Assembly: GCA_002408345.1 (NCBI GenBank)
Contig: DHRX01000101.1
Span: 1-41,094 of the forward strand
DNA from: Firmicutes bacterium UBA5301
GTDB taxonomy: Bacteria > Bacillota > UBA5301
Length of the DNA: 41,094 bases
Direction of reading: 5' to 3'
The position numbers and the translations under genes are program-made. The first letter of the stretch is position 1. Each line of letters begins with the position of its first letter. The notes beneath the pieces were generated by a model. It was not told the DNA's origin, did no database searches, and worked only from the letters and a program-made list of their open reading frames with translations. Below are positions 27,186-33,465 of this stretch, one piece after another.

Positions 27186-27193
27186 CCCTATAA

Positions 27194-29428
27194 TTAAGTA
27201 GTAAAACGAACATCGGTAACTACCGTGACCGGTACGGGGTTAGGGTTACCGTCTCCAACTACATCTAAGAGCAGGGTTTCTTTAATAACTTCAACAATAC
27301 CGGGGCCGCTAACATCGGTAACAACCTGAATGGTTTGCAGTTCGGTACCATTGGTAACTACTTCAGCCCGTACGGTAACTTTATTGGTGGTAATACCCGG
27401 TCCAGTTACATCGGTAACTACTGCTACCTGACGACCGGTATCAGGTGCGGTTATAGAAGCTACAGCCTCTAGGACAATTAATTGATTGACAGTAGTTCCA
27501 TCTTCACTAAGGGTTAACGTAATATTTTCGATAACGATCTCTACTTCCACATTAGAGGTAGGGGTAATGCCTGGTACGCTTAGTAGTAAACTAAACGGTA
27601 CCGTTTCAGAAATATCACGCACAACGTTATCTGTCCCGACGAATCGAACCTGCTTAATAACGTCACCTTGCACAATTATGCCACCTGGTACCACTGTAGC
27701 GGTTAAATTCTGGATAGTAGCCGTTACCCCGGCAACTTTGATCGCCTGAATTGGTAATTCCACCACATTTTCGACAATAATTTGTTTAGAGACAATCTCT
27801 CCGACAACAGGAACTTGAATTAATACTTTTTCAATGGTAATAGGGCTAACTACTATTGGTCGCCGTGGTCTTTCTACCAGAATCTGCTTGCTATTTTCGC
27901 CGATAACCTGTTCCACTTTGACCAATGGACCATTACCTAAAGCTACTTGAATTTGTACCGGTTCCGTTACTTTTACGAAGAACTGCATAACCACTTTTTG
28001 ATTGAGCTGATCGGGTTCAGTAAAGTTAAAACCGATAAATTCAATGATCGGGTGTACTTGAACATCTAAACCAGATAGCGCTACTGGTATGTCGATAAAG
28101 GTGCTAAAAGCTACATCTTCTGCTTGATGTACTTCAATATTATTGGTGTTAATAAAGAAAATTTGCTTGTGTAAAACCCCCTGAATTACAACCTTATCTG
28201 CTAAAACATGGGTCGTGAGATTTCTGATTTCTGCTATGATTTCTCGAACTTTGATCGCTGACTGGTTAAGGGTAACCACTGTATCGCTGAGCAGCTGAGT
28301 TGTCCCTTCTCCTACGACTTCACCAAGAGCTAAAAGTGGCCCCATACCTGGTTGGACTTGAATTTGAATAGTTTCTGTGATTTTGACAAATATCTCGAGA
28401 ACTACTTTTTGCCGCAAAGTAACCTGATCTTCCAAGATAAACCCGACAAATTCTACACTAGGATGTACTTGCACATTCTGTCCTTCTGCAGCTCCTGGTA
28501 TATCAATAAAGGTACTAAAGGGGACGTCTTCCGCTAAATGACGGCTAATTCCATTCAAATCTACAAAAAAGATTTGCTTGTGAATAATCCCCTGAATAAT
28601 AACCTTGTCCGCAATTATCTCTGTAGTTACATCCTGGACTTTGGCCACAATTTCGGCGACTTTAATGGCTGGATTGGGTAAGGTTACTACTGTTTCGGAA
28701 AGATGCTGGGTGCTACCCTCCCCAATAACAGATTCGGTCTTAAATAAGGGGCCGGTTCCTACCGCTAACTGTAGCTGAACAGTCTCAGTTACTTTGACAA
28801 AAATCTGGAGTACTACTTTTTCCACTAGCACCCGACTTGGTGGGTTGACCAACCGGAAAATAATATCTTCAATTACCGGGTTTACCAACACATTCATCCC
28901 TGGTAGCGCTCCAGGAACATCAATAAAGGTGCTAAAGTTGATATCCTCTGCTTGATGCCGGACAAAACCATCGACATCCACATAAAATATTTGCTTATGG
29001 ATTACCCCTTGGATTATGACCTTGTTTTCAATCACTGTTACTTCAATATCCCGTACCTCACCCCGAATCTCCCGAACCTTACGGGCAGGGAAATCCAGCA
29101 AAGTTTGTCCCGCCAATACCTCCGGCTCTGGTGTAACAATTATATCTTGCATAGGAATAACCGCAATTTGATTACTGCCTACCGCTGTTTCCTGGGTATT
29201 GTTTTGAGCCACAGCTACCGCTACAGCATTGAGATCGTCCCGGTTTTGGGATAAGGTTACTGTTTGTTGTTTTTGAAAATTAGAAATCGCATCGGCCACC
29301 GCTGCTTTGTTTTCAGCAATATGAGCTTTGATGACTTTACTGTTAGTGCTTTGAACCGAAACTCTACTGGTTCCAAACTTGCCTGTATAGCCTAGCGGGC
29401 CTCCCGAACCCGGCTTCTTCGTCACCAT
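27194..29428 (-). CDS. Repeat protein: low-complexity N-terminus, 4 x 137-aa module (the last degenerate), C-terminal VVTDVxGPGI mini-repeats; no signal peptide
   Basis: The start is set at ATG 29428 (MVTKKPGSGGPLGY) with AAGGGGG upstream. The track's 51-aa extension (to 29581) overlaps the preceding gene. Module boundaries fall at residues 90, 227, 364 and 501. The core motif is the same as in the 435-aa paralog. Confidence 0.85.
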   Translation of the reverse strand: MVTKKPGSGGPLGYTGKFGTSRVSVQSTNSKVIKAHIAENKAAVADAISNFQKQQTVTLSQNRDDLNAVAVAVAQNNTQETAVGSNQIAVIPMQDIIVTPEPEVLAGQTLLDFPARKVREIRGEVRDIEVTVIENKVIIQGVIHKQIFYVDVDGFVRHQAEDINFSTFIDVPGALPGMNVLVNPVIEDIIFRLVNPPSRVLVEKVVLQIFVKVTETVQLQLAVGTGPLFKTESVIGEGSTQHLSETVVTLPNPAIKVAEIVAKVQDVTTEIIADKVIIQGIIHKQIFFVDLNGISRHLAEDVPFSTFIDIPGAAEGQNVQVHPSVEFVGFILEDQVTLRQKVVLEIFVKITETIQIQVQPGMGPLLALGEVVGEGTTQLLSDTVVTLNQSAIKVREIIAEIRNLTTHVLADKVVIQGVLHKQIFFINTNNIEVHQAEDVAFSTFIDIPVALSGLDVQVHPIIEFIGFNFTEPDQLNQKVVMQFFVKVTEPVQIQVALGNGPLVKVEQVIGENSKQILVERPRRPIVVSPITIEKVLIQVPVVGEIVSKQIIVENVVELPIQAIKVAGVTATIQNLTATVVPGGIIVQGDVIKQVRFVGTDNVVRDISETVPFSLLLSVPGITPTSNVEVEIVIENITLTLSEDGTTVNQLIVLEAVASITAPDTGRQVAVVTDVTGPGITTNKVTVRAEVVTNGTELQTIQVVTDVSGPGIVEVIKETLLLDVVGDGNPNPVPVTVVTDVRFTT
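27206..27427 (-). repeat. Short C-terminal coding repeats (VVTDVTGPGI / VVTDVSGPGI / VVTDV)
   Basis: The motif occurs three times, at protein residues 669, 702 and 736. Each copy is followed by a short beta-like stretch. Confidence 0.7.
27449..29161 (-). repeat. Four tandem coding repeats (3 x 411 nt plus one degenerate unit with a ~23-codon insertion)
   Basis: Related nucleotide blocks recur at about 28151, 28561 and 28981, and in degenerate form near 27645. Protein module boundaries are exactly 137 aa apart. Confidence 0.85.
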
Positions 29429-29433
29429 GAAAA

Positions 29434-29480
29434 AACCCCCTTTTGTCCACGTTTCAATACATGATATGCAAAAGGGGGTT
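29434..29480 (-). promoter_or_regulatory. 12-bp perfect hairpin burying the SD of the 744-aa gene, with a terminator-like U-tract ending at the ATG
   Basis: The minus strand reads AACCCCCTTTTG-(23-nt loop)-CAAAAGGGGGTT-TTTTC-ATG. The 3' arm contains the only SD (AAGGGGG). Confidence 0.6.
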
Positions 29481-29505
29481 AATGTGCTTATAGCCTGTTT
29501 AATTT

Positions 29506-30468
29506 CTATTGAACTAACTCGTCTCGCCAGTAGCCAAGCAAATCGGCGAGGCTTTGCTCTAACGGAATTTCCGGCTGCCAACCTGTCTGTTTTTCTAATT
29601 TTTTATAGCTACCTAAAAGTAGCGGAACATCAGAAGGACGCATCCGTTTAGGATCTTGCTTTACTTCTACCTTAACCCCGGAGAGCTCAATTAAAAAGTC
29701 TAACACCCGATAAATCGGCCAAGCCCGGCCAGAACAGATCTGGTAAATCTCACCGGGTTTTCCCTTAGTTACCGCTAACCAGTAACCCCGCACAACATCC
29801 CGGACATCAGTAAAATCCCGTTGCGCTTCTAAATTACCAACGTAAATAATCGGCTCCTTAAGGCCCAGTTGGATTTCACTAATTTGCTTGGCAAAGTTTG
29901 ATGTCACAAAGACTTCTCCACGGCGTGGTCCTGTATGGTTAAATGCACGGGTTCGGATCGTCTGCAACCCGTAACTTTGAAAATATTGATATGCCATAAG
30001 ATCCTGAGCAACCTTACTGACCGCATAGGGGCTGAGAGGGCGTAGCGGACTTTCTTCAGTTATCGGTACCTCATCTGGATAAACCAGCCCATATTCTTCG
30101 CTAGAACAAGCGATTTGAATGATTGCTGATGGTGCAAACTCTCTTACCGCCTCAAATAGGTTGAGTTGTCCGATAATATTATTAATAAAGGTATCTGAAG
30201 GTGAATTCCATGAAGTCGGCACATAGCTCTGAGCTGCCAAGTGGAAGATGTAGTCCGGTTTAATTTGGGCAATTATCTCACTAACCGAATTGGCATCTTT
30301 TAGCTCACACTCAACAAGCCGGACTTTATTTTGGAGGTGTCCAATATTCTGGCGCTTGCTCCGCCACCGAAAGGTTCCATATACTGTACAATCGGTATTA
30401 GCTAAAAGATATTCTGCTAAATGACTGCCGGCAAAACCGGTAATACCTGTGATTAAAGCTTTTGGCAT
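29506..30468 (-). CDS. SDR-family NDP-sugar dehydratase/reductase (GDP-mannose 4,6-dehydratase / Rmd-like)
   Basis: The motifs GITGFAGSHL (NAD fold), SSEEYG, YAVSK (catalytic YxxxK) and RAFNHTGPRRG are characteristic of the Gmd/Rmd branch. Confidence 0.8.
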   Translation of the reverse strand: MPKALITGITGFAGSHLAEYLLANTDCTVYGTFRWRSKRQNIGHLQNKVRLVECELKDANSVSEIIAQIKPDYIFHLAAQSYVPTSWNSPSDTFINNIIGQLNLFEAVREFAPSAIIQIACSSEEYGLVYPDEVPITEESPLRPLSPYAVSKVAQDLMAYQYFQSYGLQTIRTRAFNHTGPRRGEVFVTSNFAKQISEIQLGLKEPIIYVGNLEAQRDFTDVRDVVRGYWLAVTKGKPGEIYQICSGRAWPIYRVLDFLIELSGVKVEVKQDPKRMRPSDVPLLLGSYKKLEKQTGWQPEIPLEQSLADLLGYWRDELVQ

Positions 30469-30475
30469 TAATAAT

Positions 30476-30519
30476 ACCTCCTACATACACTTGTCCTGTG
30501 ACCAGTGTATGTAGGAGGT
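30476..30519 (-). promoter_or_regulatory. 15/16-bp perfect hairpin burying the SD of the SDR gene
   Basis: The minus strand reads (A)CCTCCTACATACACT-GGTCACAGGACA-AGTGTATGTAGGAGG(T)-ATTATTA-ATG. The GGAGG of the 3' arm is the gene's SD, and the 5' arm is a perfect anti-SD. Confidence 0.6.
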
Positions 30520-30534
30520 TAACTGGATGTCCCT

Positions 30535-31236
30535 TTAGCGATGGGTATAGACAGTAGCTGTATTCCGAGCCCAGCCTCCATTTTCGGCTATGCTCTGCAA
30601 AAAGCTCTCTATAGCTCCAGCTCCTGTTGCTTGTGAACCTTCTGGAAAACAACCTTTTTCTTGAATTAAGTCCCGAGAACAAAGAAAACAACCTGCACTA
30701 GAAGTAGCAATACGTTGACTACCATACCTCCGGGCTAACCCGGTAGCAAAAGTATCAAAACTGCCATTGTATGCTTGGTTTAAATCCGCTTCGCTACTAA
30801 AAGCACCGCTGGAGATCCCCCGCACAGCTTCTGCATAACGGCCAAACACCGACGCATACTTTAACACCGTCTGGCGATCAATACTACGAATTAAGCCGGT
30901 TTTTCTTTTAGCATGCCATAGCTTCAATAAGTTTGAAAGCCAATCTGTTGGTAAAACACAGCCGGTCTGTACTATAGCTACCGCTTCCCCACTTGCCGTA
31001 CGTAAGCCCCAATTCCAAGCTGTCGTTAACCCCATTTCCACGGGAAAACGAATTAGCTTACGATTTGGTAACTCCTTCAAATAGGTTCCAGAGCCATCGG
31101 TAGTACCATTATCTACTACAATTAACTCATCCAACCGGCTAGTTTCCCGCAATAACCGCTGGAAAAAGAACAAATTTTCGCTCAACCCATTACCAACCGC
31201 TACAATAACGGAACAGGTCGCTAACACTACTAACAC
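30535..31236 (-). CDS. Glycosyltransferase, GT2 family
   Basis: The motif LIVVDNGTTDGSGTYL is present within a GT-A-like N-terminal half. The start is GTG (31236, or 31227 with GGGGTG upstream). I predict no TM segment. Confidence 0.7.
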   Translation of the reverse strand: MLVVLATCSVIVAVGNGLSENLFFFQRLLRETSRLDELIVVDNGTTDGSGTYLKELPNRKLIRFPVEMGLTTAWNWGLRTASGEAVAIVQTGCVLPTDWLSNLLKLWHAKRKTGLIRSIDRQTVLKYASVFGRYAEAVRGISSGAFSSEADLNQAYNGSFDTFATGLARRYGSQRIATSSAGCFLCSRDLIQEKGCFPEGSQATGAGAIESFLQSIAENGGWARNTATVYTHR

Positions 31237-31276
31237 CCCGGTATAGTATATAGCTACCGGCTATACCGGGTGTTAG
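31230..31276 (-). promoter_or_regulatory. 16-bp hairpin (one bulged C) spanning from the stop of the upstream gene to the GTG start of the GT2 gene
   Basis: The minus strand reads TAA-CTAACACCCGGTATAG-(14-nt loop)-CTATACCGGGGTGTTAG. The 3' arm covers the GTG at 31234..31236. Confidence 0.55.
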
Positions 31277-31906
31277 TTATAGTTCAATTATTTCTTTCAT
31301 TGCCGTCATCATCTGCTCCTGCGGCAGATCTAAAGTTACCCAAACTAATTGGCTGCCTCGCTGATAAAAGAAATGCATTAAACCATTGCCGATAGTCTGG
31401 TAATAAAGTCTTTTTCTAATCGGCATAGGCATTGGCGTTGAATAGATATCGTTGGTCTTCATCTTCTCAATCATCTGGCTTAATAATTGGCTAGCCTCTT
31501 CTACTGAAGGTGAAGTAGAAAACCAAAACTCTAAACTATTGCCTTTTTGCCCATAACGCGCAACTATACCGTCGCTAACTGTAATCCCCTTGCCATGTAA
31601 AGTATTAATAGCTTCTAGCGCTTCTGATCCTTGAGTTACCTGGGCCAAATCTAAGGCTAAAATTTCTTTAGGTAGTGTTGCAACAGTTAAGGGAAGCACC
31701 GCTGACTCATAATCAACATCTACAACAACTGGAATCTCTACATTGCCCATATTGGCTGACCCCATACTGCTTAAACCATCCATAGGTCCTGGCATGGTAG
31801 ATGGAGGCGTAGAGCTCTGCCGTGTCTGAATAAGGCCTACCCCAATAACAGCAACCATCACAACAATTACGCCACCAATAACTAGGTTTCGTGCTGACAT
31901 TTTCAT
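31277..31906 (-). CDS. Hypothetical membrane-anchored, Met-rich, Cys-free protein at the tail of the ccm operon
   Basis: AGGGGGA lies 5 nt before the ATG, which is 28 nt after ccmD. One N-terminal TM segment is present (LVIGGVIVVMVAVIGVGLI). Met-rich stretches follow (MPGPMDGLSSMGSANMGN, TPMPMPI). Confidence 0.6.
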   Translation of the reverse strand: MKMSARNLVIGGVIVVMVAVIGVGLIQTRQSSTPPSTMPGPMDGLSSMGSANMGNVEIPVVVDVDYESAVLPLTVATLPKEILALDLAQVTQGSEALEAINTLHGKGITVSDGIVARYGQKGNSLEFWFSTSPSVEEASQLLSQMIEKMKTNDIYSTPMPMPIRKRLYYQTIGNGLMHFFYQRGSQLVWVTLDLPQEQMMTAMKEIIEL

Positions 31907-31934
31907 ATTAATCCCCCTAGCGCCTCAATTTCAA

Positions 31935-32063
31935 TTACTTATTGACAGCCTTTTTTAATAAACGTAGCTCTTCAACAATTTCTCGCTGTTTCCGCCACAG
32001 ATAAACGGTATATAAAAAGATAACACCCCAAATAATGCTATACGCAGCAAACAAGTAAATCAT
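31935..32063 (-). CDS. ccmD: CcmD-like small heme-exporter subunit (not in the ORF track)
   Basis: GGAGGAGG lies 5 nt before ATG 32063 and overlaps the ccmC stop. The 42-aa product is MIYLFAAYSIIWGVIFLYTVYLWRKQREIVEELRLLKKAVNK. It has one TM helix and a basic tail, as in CcmD, and it sits in the canonical position after ccmC. Confidence 0.7.
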   Translation of the reverse strand: MIYLFAAYSIIWGVIFLYTVYLWRKQREIVEELRLLKKAVNK

Positions 32064-32075
32064 AGTAACCTCCTC

Positions 32076-32777
32076 CTATAATTCAGCCCGTAACTCTTCT
32101 TTAACCTGGGTTACTTCTAACCTTAGTTTGGCGATATTTAGCCGGATAACCAGAAAGTAAAAGTATAATAAGGTAAATGCAGCTATACTCACCAACAATG
32201 TAGCTGTCATTTTCGGTGATAGACCAACATTACCGCCTTCAAAAATTAACGGATGGATCGTCCGCCACCAGCGGATCGCCATAAATACAATAGGTACATC
32301 CACAAAACCAATTATACCGAATACCGCAGCAAACCGAGCCCGTTTTTCATCCTCTTCAGCAGAATTACGGATTAATAAATAAGCTACATAGATAAACCAG
32401 AGAATCAGGGTAGTTGTTAGCCGAGGATCCCAGGTCCACCAAACATTCCAGGCGGCTTTAGCCCAGACAGGACCGGTTAATAACACCAGCGAACAGTAAA
32501 CAATCCCAATCTCTGCCGAGGCAGCTGCCAGTACATCCCAGCGCCGTGAACGGGTTTTTAGGTATGCAATACTACCTACAAAAACTACAAAGAAAGCCAA
32601 GAATTCAATCCAGGCCACCGAAACATGGAAATAAAGAATCTTTTGTACCTCTGGAAAATCAGAAACATTAGCCGGCAAAGGAGCAAATATAAAAACCATA
32701 TATAACGCTACTAGTAACGCTACAAATGTTGCTCCCCCTAAAACAGTTCTTGCCCCGTTTACACTCACACTAATCAC
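32076..32777 (-). CDS. ccmC: Heme exporter protein CcmC
   Basis: The Trp-rich WWD motif (WNVWWTWDPRL) is present. The product is a polytopic membrane protein of 233 aa. Confidence 0.9.
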   Translation of the reverse strand: MISVSVNGARTVLGGATFVALLVALYMVFIFAPLPANVSDFPEVQKILYFHVSVAWIEFLAFFVVFVGSIAYLKTRSRRWDVLAAASAEIGIVYCSLVLLTGPVWAKAAWNVWWTWDPRLTTTLILWFIYVAYLLIRNSAEEDEKRARFAAVFGIIGFVDVPIVFMAIRWWRTIHPLIFEGGNVGLSPKMTATLLVSIAAFTLLYFYFLVIRLNIAKLRLEVTQVKEELRAEL

Positions 32778-32784
32778 CTCGTCT

Positions 32785-33465
32785 TTACGCTTCTAACAAA
32801 TACTCAAATAACAAGAAAGGAATGACCAAAAATACTACATCAAAGACTGCAATCACCCTTAGCCAAGTAGCAATCTCAGCCAACCCGCCTCCGGCAAAGA
32901 GCAGTTTGGTCATTTCCACCGAACCGATTACCACAGGGATAATAATCGGAAATAAAATTATTGGTAGTAAAACCTCACTAGAGCGTGTGTTACTAGCTAG
33001 CGCCGCTAAGAAGGTACCTACGGCAACAAAGCCAAAAGTGCCGGAAACAACTACTACCGTTAGCCAAAACCAAGATGCGGAATAATTAAAATCAAAGAGA
33101 ATCAGAAATATCGGTAGAGATACCGCTTCGATTAAGGTAGTTAAGCAAAAATTGCTGACCACTTTACCAAAATAAATAGCACTACGGTCTACCGGCGCCA
33201 ACATCAAACCTTGAATCGACTCATTATTATGTTCCGACAGAAAGGAGCGATTCAGCCCTAAAATCCCGGAAAAAAGAAAGGCGACCCAAATAATGCCCGG
33301 TAAAATTTGCTTAATACTTTCTAGCGTTGGGTTAAAAGCAAAACTAAACGTAACAATCACCAGGAACGCAAAGATTAGCATAGAGCTAAGCATCTCTTTA
33401 GTCCGAAATTCAGCCTTCAAATCCTTCCAGACAATTGCTTTAACCGAAGCTAAAAACTGGTTCAC
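32785..33465 (-). CDS. ccmB: Heme exporter permease CcmB
   Basis: The 226-aa product has about six predicted TM segments. The N-terminal pattern is typical of CcmB (WKDLKAEFRTKEML). An ATGA overlap couples it to ccmA. Confidence 0.85.
   Translation of the reverse strand: MNQFLASVKAIVWKDLKAEFRTKEMLSSMLIFAFLVIVTFSFAFNPTLESIKQILPGIIWVAFLFSGILGLNRSFLSEHNNESIQGLMLAPVDRSAIYFGKVVSNFCLTTLIEAVSLPIFLILFDFNYSASWFWLTVVVVSGTFGFVAVGTFLAALASNTRSSEVLLPIILFPIIIPVVIGSVEMTKLLFAGGGLAEIATWLRVIAVFDVVFLVIPFLLFEYLLEA

Noticed and set aside
25786-29161. The 411-nt tandem repeats as a CRISPR array, satellite or mobile-element remnant.
   Set aside because: The repeats are in frame inside long ORFs, they diverge mostly at synonymous or conservative positions, there is no spacer-repeat structure, and there are no cas or transposase genes nearby.
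29429-29581. The 51-aa N-terminal extension of the 744-aa repeat protein given by the track (start 29581).
   Set aside because: The extension overlaps the 3' end of the SDR gene by 76 nt and has no SD. The internal ATG 29428 has AAGGGGG upstream. The extension sequence (MAAGNSVRAKPRRFAWLLARR...) looks like out-of-frame translation.
30398-30691. A 97-aa ORF bridging the GT2/SDR junction.
   Set aside because: It is out of frame with both well-supported genes. It would have to be translated through the 15-bp junction hairpin, and it has no SD.
29434-31276. The three junction hairpins as copies of a REP/MITE-type repeated element.
   Set aside because: The three stems share no sequence similarity and have no common flanks or target duplications. 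They share only their position over ribosome-binding sites.
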